Shown piece after piece: positions 1 through 13,470 of a DNA stretch of 64,000 nucleotides. Origin of the DNA: Phoronis australis (taxonomy: Eukaryota; Animalia; Phoronida); assembly GCA_002633005.1 (NCBI GenBank), contig NMRA01000060.1, positions 616,016 to 680,015 of the forward strand. Reading direction: 5' to 3'. Position numbers and translations under genes: made by a program. The notes under the pieces were generated by a model that was not told the origin of the DNA, did not search any database, and saw only the letters and a program-made list of their open reading frames with translations. The stretch's first letter is position 1. The number at the start of each line of letters is the position of its first letter.

Positions 1-593
1 AACTTAATGAGTTTCATAGAAATCTTACGTGGCTTTATGTCAATCGAGTTCATTATGGTCTGCAAATGGTGCTCATTATTGTACGGTTACAGGAAAATAC
101 GAGCAGACCTACGTTTGCGATTTGTGGACGTGTCATTTCAGTGATGTGATTAGAAACTTACACAATTTGCCTTAGTTTTCATTGCTGTGGGGTAGACATT
201 TATTGGTGCGGTTTTGTAATGGCAGTTTAGCGAGAATCGAAGCCAATATGAATTACGCAGTCTTTGAAACACGGACGCGAAACTGCTGGATAGATTAAAT
301 GCAGCGCTGACGTACGCTGGGATAACGAAACGATTTTGATTTATTATATTGCTGAGAAGGCAGAGAGGTCGAGGCACCTGCAGCAACAGCTCGGTTGCAT
401 ACAGAATTCATTCAGGTACAAGTCGCTCACGACACGAGGTTGCTAGCGAACGGTATAAGCTAATTTATAGGTCGCGCTCACAAGGCAACTAAATCCCACG
501 TGACTTCTGCGCCTACTTTTCTGAAATATGTCAACGTCATTTGGTACTTAAGACAACTGTGCACTTGACACAACTTAAGTCTATCCTGGGCAG

Positions 594-675
594 ACATAGC
601 ATTGAGAGACGACTGAAACAACACGGCGTGTCGGACGGAGGCAGTGAGTGTCCAAGCTTTCGCTAACTGAACCAG
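594..675 (+). other. Probable non-coding 5'UTR exon of the Ly6/three-finger gene
   Basis: Perfect donor CAG|GTAAGT at 675/676, CAG acceptor at 591-593, no ATG inside. The next exon (3902) has a strong acceptor, so an upstream exon is required. A weaker donor CAG|GTACAA at 415/416 follows a TATA-like tract near 343-350. Confidence 0.5.
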
Positions 676-3600
676 GTAAGTTGAAATCAGCTATGAATAT
701 GCCTTCATCACCTTCATCACAAAGGCTAATTTTGATTTGGACTACTTAAAAGGCGGTCTCGAATTTTCCTGACAGTTCAGTACTTCGTAATTATGCTCTT
801 TAGTTAAGTTCGTTCGATTCGCCATTCACGGTCTCAAGCTTTACAAACTGTCCGTTGTTGTGGGCCCGGGGTTTAAACTGTTTGCTCTAGTTGGATCTCG
901 AAATTATTTTTGTCATTTTCTATGCAAGAGTGAACAAACGATCTCAACCTGGAAACATATATCAGATTACCGCTTAATTACACTCTTCCTTGTGTGCAGC
1001 CAGTGACCCTACTTTGTCATCCAAGTCACACACCCAAAGATGGCGGGTTGCGTGAGTGTACACTCGCGCAGCTATTTTCAAGTGCAAGAGTTAACCCCTT
1101 TACTAATAGGAAGATTTGAAATCTCCAGTTCACACTAAATGAATTATGATATTAATAAAGTGCATAGAATATCAATGTTAAATAGCTGTTCAAAGTGAAC
1201 GAATTTCCTCCAATCAACACGCCAAGGAGTAGCGCAATCGCTGTCGGGCATCAAGAGCCACGCGGATGAAACATGTGCAAATTGAAATTGACGGCCATTA
1301 GCTACCGGACGAGCGACCTTTGACAAGGAGGGGCCCCGAAGTTTTGTTGTTAAATTTGCCACAGTCATGCGAATAATAATTCATTGTAACGAATCTTACC
1401 AGAAGAAGCTCGATCCTTTACACAGTACCAGTCCTCGCTCCCTGCCTTCTTACCAACCTATCTATCTCCGTCAATACGACCGTCCGCCATTCCTTCCGCC
1501 TTTAAATAATCCGTCCCTCCGTCTATCCATACGTCCGCCGCCTGTCCATACGTCCGTCCCTGGATGTTTGCTTACCTATTCCCTTCTCTGTTGTTTACAT
1601 ATCGTGAATAATACGCTTACAAGGAAGTCACCCATATGCAGGAATTTTCACCGCTCGTCCTTCTGTGCTGCTTTTACTAGGATTAAAGGGAGCGCGGCGC
1701 CGGAGTCAGGTACAGTTGTGATGAATGCATTGCCTGATGTGAGCAAGAAAGAAATTAAGTGTAATTACCCGATCATAAACTGTATTAAACATCTCTGACT
1801 GTACATAATGGCGAATTTTCAAAATGCATTAACCAATGATTTTCGTTAAAAACAACACCACGGTGGTATTCAGCTGGTAAAAAACAACCAAGTGCGGTTT
1901 TCAATTTTTAAAAATCGATGAACTAATAATCTAAGAACTACAACCATTGGGTACGATTGAAGATAAACTACCGTGCGTATTGATAAACTCGGTGGATATA
2001 CAAACGCTGATCAGAGTTTGAATATCACGTGGATTCATTTTTAATGTTCTCGTTATCTCGTTTAACCAAATTTTTGACCAGGAAACAGTTGTACTTAACT
2101 TGTGCCCACTTCTCATTTTTTATTACTGACAAACAGCTAAAATGGTTATATAGTCAGTGCCACCGAAATTATCCAGAGATTCCAAATCTTAAGTTTGGTT
2201 ATCGTCACATTTGCAAACAATTGGGCATTAAAAATTAAATAACGAAAACCAATATGAAACATATCGTTCCTCTGGGAAGTGGCCCTTGGTGAAGATAAAC
2301 ACAAGTTAACCTTTATAGTTATTTTGTAATAGTTATAATGTACCAACTTAAAACTACTCTCCAGAGTTGCAGGCTATAACTCTGCAAATGTCAGAGAAAA
2401 CCAAACTGGGGGTACTAACAACAACCATTGTTAAGAGAGTAGTGCTAGCTATTACCTTTCCACTTCATTAGCTCAGATCTATATCCCAACAAAGGCAGTC
2501 GTAAAAGTTGTCTAGGGCTAAAGGAATCTAAGCGGTGACCAGTGCAAGCGAGAATTTGGTTATCGAACCATGCAGTGTTTTCTTTGAATTCCCCATTTTT
2601 GTTCATTTACTGGTTATAACAACTATATACCTCACCAACGTCCCCTCACCCTTCCTGACATTATACAACTGTTCATTTTCACCTCGGTCAATATGTCGGT
2701 TTTTAGACCCCGAAAATATGATTGTCACATAAATCTGGCTCTCAAAAGCAACATACTGACCCAGTGCAACAGTCAATAGTTGTTTTATTATAAGATTATA
2801 TCCTGTAAGTAATTCATGGAAGGAGGTTCGATTTGGATTTCCATCGCATGTTGATCATTCGCTCTGTCAATCAGCTGCAATTTTGTTCAAAACGTTGTGG
2901 GCGGCGATTTTTAAAAAGAAAGTCAAAGAGATGCTCGGAACGGACAAAGGAACTATCGATTAGATTTTGGGAAAGTTCTCATGTTGTGGGGGTCATGAAA
3001 CGGTCGTTTTTAATACAAAACAATCAAAAAGACGTCGTTTGTTTTCATCAATACGATCGCAGTCTGCCTGTCAGTATGCTCACAATACACGTTCTAAAGT
3101 CCGCCCAAATGACTTGTATTGAAAGTCAGTGGAATTTTAATTTTAGCCTTTGAAAAAAAAACACTTTTTGTACAATAATGTGATGGTTGAGACCGCGAAG
3201 CGTTGGTGCGGGTTTGCATTCACCTGGTGGTTTGTATTCAACGGGTGAGGCGTTAGGATCCTGATGAAATTAAAAAGCTTTTACATGCCTTGGAACTGTG
3301 GGAAATTCGAAGCTTGCGAAATGAGAGAAGCTGAGTTCGAATCTCGGCGAAGGAATTGCAACGTCACGTAAAATTCAGCAATCAAATCTGAAACGACATT
3401 ACCATAGTAGAGGTAAATATTGCAAGTTATTGACTTCATGAATCTGGTCTGGATTCTGTGTCATTACTGAAGACAGGTCTCGGTCTTACACTCTCCTTTC
3501 ACAGTTGTTGAAAAACGTTTTAGCCAAGTAGTTATGTGCGCATCAAAGTCTAGAAAAAATTGTAGAAATTATCTCAGTGACTAGCAGTTATGTGTACATT

Positions 3601-3914
3601 CTCAAACATCTTGCACTTTGGCTCGAGTTTTTCAGAAATAGTTCTGTGGAACATGAAGAGACACTTTCCATGACATAAGCCCCAGGTCATATAATAATTT
3701 GCGTTGTCCTCATAACCGCAACACTTGTATTTTCTTGTTTTCGATTCATCATAGATTGCCCGAATTCACCATCTTCCAGACTCTGTCGTTTTTAAAGACA
3801 ACATGGAATATGTTTTCCATTTTTGTAAGGAAATCAAGCAAAGCCACAAAGAGTCGTTCAATAGCGTGCGAGGTTGTCATTAGCACATTTCATTTTTTCA
3901 GGCTCTCTGATGTT

Positions 3915-3975
3915 ATGGAATTATCGACTGCACCAATCAGCCAGTTAGTGTGGTTTCTGTCATTAATCCGCATAG
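3915..3975 (+). CDS. Ly6/uPAR three-finger protein, coding exon 1 (signal peptide)
   Basis: Acceptor TTCATTTTTTCAG ends at 3901; ATG at 3915 gives MELSTAPISQLVWFLSLIRI; donor ATAG|GTAAGA in phase 1. G+TT joins in frame to the 35919 exon (..IRIVASNLRCYEC), the usual signal-peptide/LU exon layout. Confidence 0.72.
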
Positions 3976-6013
3976 GTAAGAGAAACTTCATTACTAATGA
4001 TTTTAATGGAAAGATACTCATTTCTGACATCGATCATAGTCGATTTCAGGATCATTGAAAAAAACCTTGTCATCTAACGTGTGTTTTAGCGAATGCTTAC
4101 TTTGACCTAAAATGACTGAAATATTTTGTTGATCTGTTCAGTTAATGCCTGTACCTGAGCGACGCGTCTCATGGCCCTGATGAATATCTCTTCACTAGTG
4201 ATCTCAATCCAGCTCAAAGACTTGTAAATTCAGTTCAACGGCTCACAAATTTGTGCCCGCACTCACCCGCCACCAGGTGGCGATATCATCTCAGACGTTC
4301 ACTGTCAAACAACATTTCGCGGAAATCGCGAATCTCCTGAAAAATAGTCCTGTAAAGAGACATTTCATGAGGGATGAAAGGAGGGAAAGTTATCGAAAGC
4401 AGAATTTGTCCGTTGGCACTGCTTTTGATGCCGGGATTATAAGATAATGACTTGTTTTTGTCTGAAAACACCGCAACTGGCTACATGTGGTGATTACCTC
4501 ATAGGACGCTAGTGACGGCTTACGAAGTTAATGAAGCAATAACAAAAAAGCGCGGAATCCCACCCACTAACTAAAAGGTTGAATAGCGAAAAACTTCTTC
4601 TGTGTAACTTATACTTAATTTTGTCCGCTACCAAAAAGAGATGAAAGATTGTTTTACAACGTGCAAGAAACATGGTCGTAATTTAATTTGCGCCGGTCTC
4701 TTATATTCAAAGCAAAGCAACGCCAGGTGGTTTTTTGGTAGCTCTCGCGTCATCTTCATCAGCGCGTTGTCTGGTTAGTAATACGTCGTCTTCGTCGCCG
4801 TCTTTGTTACAGTCGCCTTGCGCGTCATGATAAGCGTCGTTGTCATTGTTGACGTTGGTTGTGTCATCACCATAGGTATACATTGCCTGGTGAGTCGCCA
4901 GGATGACGGCACGAAACTGGACACAGAAACTGATCGACAGCAACCGTGGTTGGGAAATTGGCGACGACTGGGGGCTGCCACCGTTATGTTCCGCTCTGGC
5001 GACATGAGCTCTAGCTTGGTCACTGATAACTGAGCGTATTCTTAAGTCCCCATCATCATTTCTTAACATTTCGTATCGCCAAATGTTGCTCCATTCAACT
5101 CTTTCTTTTCCTGAAACCCTAGGAAACATCTCTTAGTTAAATTATCCTACACGTTCCATAGAGAAAACACTTTACCGATGGCAAAAAAGAAAAATCAGCC
5201 ACACATACGTCAGAGGTGTATAGAGAGTGGTGGCTCGAGGGTCTCATGATGCCTTGCAGTTTCCCAGTCTGCATAATGTTTAAGTTCTATGGGTTTCTAA
5301 GCTTAGATGCGTAAGCAGCAGGAATCTGTTTGAATTAATCGGAATGGATGTCCCGAGAGGAACAATTAAGTAAAATATGAGAAAAGCTTGTCATGCCTTT
5401 ACGACCATTAATCTATTCAGGTATCCCCCCTTGTTTTGTGGAGAAATCACCACTGTTTAGAATTATGAAAAAGTAACCAGAATGCAGGGGTACCGGTAGG
5501 CCATTTCTTAAAGTGGCGATTTGCATTATCGATGATAGACTTTGTATTTATTAAATGGACATCATGAGTCAAAATGGACACAATAGATCAGAACAGCCAA
5601 GCGTTTTGCGTCAGTCGTCCATGTTTGAAATTCGAGTTTGTGAGTCAATGAATTAAATGTTATAGGGCCGTAAGCTATGTTGTTCCAGCAGTCTGCTGGT
5701 GGTGCATCAGAATCTATATCTATGTATTATGCAGTGGACACTGTGACTTCTGTCTGGACTACGCAACAGTATAATATAAAGAATAGACGATGTGTGGACT
5801 TTTGCGAAGATTGATTTCCAAGCTTTGAAAAAAAAAAAAATGAAAAACTGCAATTTTTCACGAAGCAATGAGATCACACAACTAGTTCCTTTGGTGCAGT
5901 GCTAATTGTTCATATTTGTCACAGTGATAGTTTGCGAGTAAACTGCTATCATGTAGCAAAGCACACAACATGTACCGTAACGTAAATATACAGGAGGCAT
6001 GTACTGCCTTGTA

Positions 6014-6288
6014 TAGCGCAAGAAGCAAACGTCACGACTAGCGCAAGAAGCAGGCGTCACGACTAGCGCAAGAAGCAGGCGTCACGACTAGCGCAAGAAG
6101 CAGGCGTCACGACTAGCGCAAGAAGCAAACGTCACGTCTAGCGCAAGAAGCAGGCGTCACAACTAGCGCAAGAAGCAGGCGTCACTCCTAGCGCAAGAAG
6201 CAAGCGTCACGACTAGCGCAAGAAGCAGGCGCCACGACTAGCGCAAGAAGCAGGCGTCACGACTTGCGCAAGAAGCAAGCGTCACGAC
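6014..6288. repeat. 25-bp minisatellite, 11 copies
   Basis: Unit TAGCGCAAGAAGCAGGCGTCACGAC repeats head-to-tail every 25 nt with few substitutions and no spacers. Confidence 0.95.
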
Positions 6289-6648
6289 TATGGCTTTCGT
6301 GAAATGATAGGAGAGTGGTGTGGATTTTGAAATGCACCTATTTAAAAGATTTCTTGAAATTTATAATTTTTTTTTTCAAATTCTTTACCACTTTCGTGTA
6401 TAGGCTATATTGTCGTGTAGGAGCAATATCGTATATGTGATTTAAAAGTTTACGCTTTTTAGAGATACACAACATTAAACTTCATTACGACTATTAATAC
6501 AGCGCCATTCACGGTTGTTTGTCGAGAAACAATTGTGTAAACCGAGGTCTCCTTTTGCTGGTACCGTGGCACAAAATCTATAACTCGAAACACGTACAAC
6601 AGGTAATCGAATAGCGTATTTTAACCTCAAATTTAAGGAAAGTCATTT

Positions 6649-6729
6649 GTTAAAACCGACACGTTTTTCAGACTTTTAGACTTTAAGACTTTTCCGATTT
6701 TCAAGTCTGAAAAACGTGTCGGTTTTAAC
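6649..6729. repeat. Perfect 27-bp inverted repeat (hairpin / internally deleted MITE)
   Basis: GTTAAAACCGACACGTTTTTCAGACTT (6649-6675) and its exact reverse complement (6703-6729) around a 27-nt spacer. Confidence 0.9.
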
Positions 6730-8689
6730 GACTGTCAATTCAAAAGTTGACGGTCTCTCCGCTTTCATGAATTGAGCGACCTTATTTTCTTCTTTTCAAA
6801 TATAATTGTTCGGAATATAATCACACTCGGGCAGCATACAGCGCGAGAGCAAGGGGGATCTTTCCGGCATCATTTGAACGATGGCCTTTATAACTACCAA
6901 AAAGGCAGCTCAAACCAGTACACTCCTTGTGGGGAGGCTATTGGTGTTTCTAGAACTATTTTCGAACAAGACGAACAAGGGAAGATATGGTGATAAACTA
7001 AAATACGCAATCCGGTCAGCAAGGTTCCACTATGCCGAAGTCGGCCAAATCGAAATCTGCCAATCAAAGAGCCGCATGTGGCCAGAGAAACATTACAATC
7101 TATCTGGCGAGGGTACTTCAGTTATACTAAATCCTGTTTTGATGATTTCTACCAACCTTCATTCTGTCGCCTGCTAATGCATCAATGGCAACATCATACT
7201 CCCTGTGTCACAGATTAGGCACATGGTCCTTGGTGGGTGGTCTTTTCCAAAGTTGTCGTGTAATTCGATAAAAGCGTAGGTCACGCTTACCCTTTTAGCA
7301 GATTTTAAAAGGAGTTTTCAAATTTTCCTCCAAACTTTTGAAGGATGTCGAAGGTTACAGAGCATTACTTTGTTTCAAAGAACGGGATGGGAAAGTCGTT
7401 TTGTGTATCTGTTCATAGGCCAAAACAGGGTTTGCGGGAAACCTTTTAAGTAAGGTCTACAATAAACAAACACATTCATCTCGAGTGAATCGATAATGTG
7501 TATATCATGTCAAGTCCCACGGTAATACCGTAACAAACGATACTCAGATTGCAAGTGTTTGGGGGAGCAAATGGTAAGATTTATAATGAATTGGCAATAG
7601 TTCGTTTTTTCATTCTGAATAATTCCAGTTTTCCATTTGAGTACACGTCGTCCAAAACCCCCATTTACTGGCCATCTTAGTCCCCAGATATCGGAAAAAA
7701 TAAAAATATCGCTTCAGTACTGATATTCTTTGCGTTATTTTTTAAAAGCTCTAACGCCAAACCAATAATCTTTTTTATTTATACTTATGGGGGTGTGCCC
7801 ATATTTCAGTTGTACATGATCCTGGTTAAGTTCAGGCTAGGCCCCTGTTGGAATTGCATAACTTGTAGTGGTTCAAGGCTCAGCCGAGTTAATGCTGTAA
7901 TTACCCTTGCTTTCATCTTGAATCAGTTCTTCGCTCAGTATTGCTACGCCAGGGAGCTAGCAGGCTTTTGGGATGATGGTGATTGAATTACAGAACTCAA
8001 TTGGTCACCGGATAGAAATTAAGAACTATTGATTCAGTTTAATTGATCGATCTGTTACAAATTCTGCAAAATCAACTGATCAGCATTCAGAATCATTAAC
8101 AGTACAATTATTTTCAAAATTAAACGACATTGTTAATTAAACCATTTCTACGTAGGTTGTAATCTTATTAAGAAGTTGTCTTGCAGTACTCAGCATCCGC
8201 AGTCGCGATGTGACTGACCAACAATATCTCGCGGTGACTACGCTGTAGGTTTCACTGAGGGAGACCGCTGGCGATTCGTCACACGCATGCGTGGTGAGAA
8301 CAGTTCTCTGTGCTTCTGCTACAACAAACGCTAAAAATAACTACGAATTTGATATCTGGGTAGCAATAAGCAAAGTCTTGTGGCGGTGAATCAGGAAATT
8401 CAGCTATAATAACACCTGCTATTATCGATCGAATAATTGTCACATATGGTCTAAAACGTCATGCAAGTCATGGAGGTTCACCAACTTTTGAGCAATGGGC
8501 ATTTTAAAAAGAGCAACACAAAGCGTTGAAATGCGTCCACCGCAAATACAGGGGGTGCTTGATATTTAAAGATCCCCAGTAAAGGGAACAATACTAGTAA
8601 ACTTAAAATAGCCTCCTCAATAGAAACACATCTGCCAATATTAGAAAAAAATGAAGGTGGCACAAGTATAGTCACAGTAGTATTCAAAG

Positions 8690-10760
8690 ACCTTCAAAAG
8701 TCGTCGTCATCCGTTTTAACGTTCACGAAAATACACTTGCCAAACTTCAGTATGATCCTGTAGGGACTTAGAAAAACCAAGCTGCGGATGCGAAAAAAGC
8801 AAATTAGTACGGGGTGCCACAGTAGTCAAGACTTGAAAAATCATTGCCAGCCATGGCCTTCCCAGTAGGAACACGTTTACCAATAGGGTTGTCCCGGATT
8901 ACACGGCGTGGTCTAGTTTTGGAAATCAGGCACATTTTCGTGTCGCTCGTTGATGTCAGGAAGGCGAAGAATTTCAGATCACGCTTTGTCCAGTTCATCA
9001 AACTTTTTCACGTCGGAGTTGCAGCCCACAGCACAGCATTAATACTTCGTTGGCATTGGAAGGACGAATAGAGTAATGCAACCGAGAAAAACTTGTAAAG
9101 AATCTGACAACAACAAATAACATGTGAAACTCCCGTAGCACGAAAACGAGGCAGCAAATGAGCCTGACGGATGCTCACGACATTGTGTGTACAGTAGGTA
9201 CAGCGAAATTCAAGAGTTGCTTTGTAATCCGGGACTTCCCTATTCTCATGATTATTCTTAGAGTAGTTTAGCTAAAAGATGGACGCCAAAAAACTGACTC
9301 AAAAAATAAAAACAGCCTCTTGGAGATGTACACAATGTCAAATCCATCTGAAACTGAGAAAGTATCTTCGTCTATTATCTAGAAACCCATTGGTAATTTT
9401 CATAAAAATCCACCAAGGAACTCCAAACATACAGAGGAAAACGGAAAGAATAAACTTGAAACTAGAGGCGGTTATAGTATCCGTTCGGAAGTTGTCGTCA
9501 TCAGGTGTCACCTTCATGCAAATACAGTTGCCAAATTCAATAAAGATCCTCCAGAGGTGTAAGGATATTCATCCACAGACGCAAAAAATGCCACTAGCAG
9601 GCGCCACAGCAGTCAGTACCGCACAAAAAATAACGTCATCCGTCCTCTACCCATTTAGAATTTATAAATACATATATAGAGAGAGCATTTGTCGTAATCA
9701 TCCTTAGAGTGGCGGACGCCAAATATAGACTTAAAACTAATAAAAATGGCCACTAGGTGGCTATTATTGTATTAATTTTATTTGAAAACAAGAATGTGTC
9801 ATTGGCTCTTTAACAGATATTTAATTTACGTTAAATTTCAATAAAATCCGTCCATAAACGCCAAAGATACAGAGGACAATGAATAATGAATAAACATGCT
9901 AATAGGGGGCACAACGATAGTTGGATCCGTCCAAAAGTTGTCGTCATCCGTTGTCACCTTCATTTAAATACGAATGCCAAATTTAACAAGGATCCTGCTA
10001 AGGGTTATGGCTTAAGGAGATACAACCCGGGACGTAAAATGTCAATAGGAGGAACGAATTGAGTAAGAGCCGTCTGAAAATTATAGTCAGCCATTCTCTT
10101 CCCAGTAGAAACATGCATTTTAATTTTCATAGCCATCTTCACTGTGGTTTGGCCAACAGGGGGCGGACGGCAAAAACAGTAAAATGGCCAGTGGTGGTGC
10201 AAAATACGTCGAATCCGTTCGAAAACATGAAGCTAACGTCATCTTCATAATAGATGCCTAATAGCCAAATTTCGTTCATCCATGAATGGAGCATATCTGC
10301 TAAAAGTTCTATTTTGTGAGTATTGACCACCCATTGATTCAGCTGGTTGTGGCTCATGCATTTCTCATGCAAATAGGTGGAGTTCATACGGCCTCAAAGC
10401 CGACGAAATTTCTCTAGGTGAGAAATAGAATTCATTATGTTATTATTTATGAGTGTGAAGCCCGTACCACTCTCTTCTCTGTTTGCATACCAATTGTCCA
10501 GTTCTCGTTCAAAATCGTCCTCGTCCCCTGATCTGTTGAATTCCGCCATTGCAATTCATAATCAAGTGACTAAACGTCTTCCGCCCAGTATATCATTTGA
10601 CGCGAAACTTGAAAATAACAATTTTTTCTTCAATATTAAAAAATCACGACTATTTGGCATCAAAAAGGCTTATTTAGTTAGATTTTATGGCATTCATCTC
10701 ATATTTTGCTAACTGAATCCTCAAAAACTAAAGAAAATGCATTGTGGGAACTCTTTAAAA
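8690..10760. repeat. Dispersed repeat / non-autonomous element with internal subrepeats
   Basis: Internal AAGTTGTCGTCATC-like motifs near 8697, 9489 and 9935. 8870-9100 resembles 33986-34356, and 10300-10760 resembles 32150-32615 (same strand). Boundaries approximate. Confidence 0.7.
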
Positions 10761-11745
10761 CGACTGTAAACCCTGCAATCCGACGAAATGAACCCCTATT
10801 TTAGAGTATTCACCACAATAAAATTGGTCTCAATTTCTTCGTTTTTGATGTCATAAGTTATTTCTGATTTGCGAAGTGCTAGCATTCCCGTCATCTTTTG
10901 CCGGAGACTGCTCGGCGCATAAAATGACACGGCGCGACAACCCACCCTGGTCTCAAGCAATAACGAACAGCAATTTTTTGAGCAGCACTGAAATTACCCC
11001 CAATTCATCAAATAATACTATGAAACCAATTGCATACAGGTAAGCCTTCTCAATAAAACATGTGTTTTGGGAAAGAAGAGGAATTTATTCCAGATTTCAA
11101 GCGGCATTGGCATTATAGAAATTAAGCAAAACAAAGAATTCTAATTGTATATAATGAACTTACAATTTTTGGATCTTGAATCTTTAAGGACGATGTCGAT
11201 GCTAGAACTGACGCTTGTGAACTATTTTTTAAAAAATAATGCACATTTTTGTATCATTTGCCAGATTATTCTTCACCTGCAGGATATGCCCTGGTCATGT
11301 AATTGCCGCCGTGCTGCTCTCAAATGTCGTATACAACTATGAATTATCTTCAATGCAGATGTCTCTCTTTTTAATCACCTGTATCAGTACCACACTTAGT
11401 TTAAAATCATTAGTTTCAAAAGATTATTGCGAATATCATCGGCGAGAATAGGAAAGTGACTTTCTGAGATCAGCCCTGGCTAGAACCTTTAAGCCACCGT
11501 TGCTTTCAGAGCTAAAAACAAATCGAAAATGATGTGAGCATTTTATATGTGCATTTGCTGGTAAAGTCACCGATTGTGATTTCAGCGAATGTCTGGCAGA
11601 CAACGGGGAGAACTGGACATTTCTAGACGCAATGGAGTTTATCGGTTTATAGCTCTGGTCTAAGCTAGTAACTTCAAAAAACCTATCCACCTTTTGACAA
11701 TCCCGGAAATACATTTCTGCCGAATAACTGATAATTTCCCTTTAA

Positions 11746-11835
11746 GTGTGCGTGTGTGTGCATGTGTATGTGTGTGTGTGTGTGCGTGCGTGTGGGTGGG
11801 TGTGCGCGAGCGTGGGTGTGTGTTTGCGCATGCGC
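11746..11835. repeat. (TG)n/(TGCG)n microsatellite
   Basis: Seen directly; it explains the VCACVCVC ORF at 11694-11891. Confidence 0.9.
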
Positions 11836-13313
11836 ATATTTCTTGGCTTAAATTAAGTAATCTATTTGACCTTACTCTGATTTACAAATAATTTAGTCAT
11901 TGGTCGAAACTGTGAATGTTAACAAGGTCAGATTCATTGACGTGCTGAATGATGATAGAAATGAGACCGGTACTGAGAAAATCTCACACATCCTCCCATC
12001 AAAAAGTAGCTATTTGCTCATATGTGCTCATGCGCCTGATGCCCACCTAAAAGTTGAATGGGTAAAGGAATTGTCAAAATGGGCTTTGGAGGACACAGAG
12101 TCGAGGGGCTTGGCGGAACAGGATCATGGAGACAAGAATCAGTTGGGTGGTTGATTAAAGAAGATGAAGAATTAGAGGCGACCTCTTTTTCATTTAGTGT
12201 TGGCACTGCAATCAATTTCTTTTTAAGAAAATACATTTCATGTGCTCAGAGCAACATTGTAATGAATTCAAACATGGATGGTCAAACACACTACTATGTC
12301 AGTTCCTGTTTAATTTGATACGACAGACTGATTTGCTCTTGAAGTTTTAGAGTCTGCTTTGATTTTGTTAATGACCAAGTAGCACATATTTTTAACTGCT
12401 ATTAGACGGTTAGAACATGTTATAACGAAGCCACCAGTACAACAAGTTAATCCTAACGGCATCCGTAGTAGGCGAAAAAATCATAAAATCCTCACTGAGC
12501 GATACTCCGCCATTTTTGATTTGCCTGACATGGGATTCATTAAGGATCGATTGAATAACAAGGCTGACTATTGCGACTGGGAGTAACTAACTCTTGTAAA
12601 CAGCATAGATATAACAACGAATATGCAATATAAAAATTGATTAAAACTACTATACAGTTAGAATATCTTGACAATTAAACTTGCGAAAATATCGAAAATA
12701 AATTTAGACAGGGAAAGCTAAGATACCGGTGGTCTCCGGCGAAGTTGTTTGGCGGCTGACGGCCGGCAATGAAAGCCGGAATGCCAAACGGTGCCGACTT
12801 CAAAAAAACTTGGTATGGTGCCATATGGTACAATGTAAGTAAAAGGAAGTCAGAATTCCCATGCGCCCGGCCTGGCCTGCTCAGACATCTGTGCTCCACG
12901 GCGCAAGATTGAATCCGGCCCGGACAGCCAAGTCATCCCTGCGTGAGCGCGGCACGTACATAAAGGAGAGCCCTCCTGTTCGGATACAAGTTGCGCCAGT
13001 TACCAAACCACGACGTTGAAAAGCATTGGATATGCAGTAAAGACGTGTTAAACGGGCGCATTTGTACGGACTAGGTGATTTAAGGAGTCCATGAATAATG
13101 TTCAGTCAAAATTAGCGCCAGGTTTGAATCAATGCAGATGAGCCCCGGCTTTCTCTAGTTTCGTGAAGAATAACAATGTGTTGATTGCTTTTCTTTACAA
13201 AACCGGCGGGTCACATTCACTGTATGCCGCAAATAACACTGAACACGTAGATGCACATTTTTAAAATTTTGCTCCCAGATATTTATCATGCCGCAAAGGT
13301 CAATAGTCCACTT

Positions 13314-13470
13314 CAGCCTCCCGTTCAGTAACGCTAGGACCTCGCTAAAAAGCAAGACTTCGCGAGATTATGTGAGATATTGCCGTGTATTTTAAATGAG
13401 AACTCGTGACTTTGACTAGGTTTAGGTAGGTCCTAGCGTAGGTCCTAGCGTCTACTGAACGCACGCCTGG
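13314..13470. mobile_element. Small MITE; partial inverted copy at ~40902-41005
   Basis: TIRs CGTTCAGTAACGCTAGGACCT ... AGGTCCTAGCGTCTACTGAACG. The interior (GCGAGATTATGTGAGATATTGCCGTGTATTTTAAATGAG) recurs as reverse complement near 40935-40980. Confidence 0.75.

Noticed and set aside
1367-1798. 143-aa Pro-rich ORF
   Set aside because: Arises from a degenerate TCCG/TCCA simple repeat; no domain.
4707-5129. 140-aa Asp-rich minus ORF and overlapping Thr-rich ORF
   Set aside because: A degenerate (GTC/GTT)n trinucleotide tract keeps several frames open; no recognisable motif.
6014-6288. CRISPR array
   Set aside because: Contiguous tandem units with no unique spacers, no cas genes, eukaryotic context.
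7896-8059. Short solo LTR (TGTAA...TTACA, flanks AATGC/AATTC)
   Set aside because: Only 164 bp, imperfect TSD and short termini; compatible with chance.
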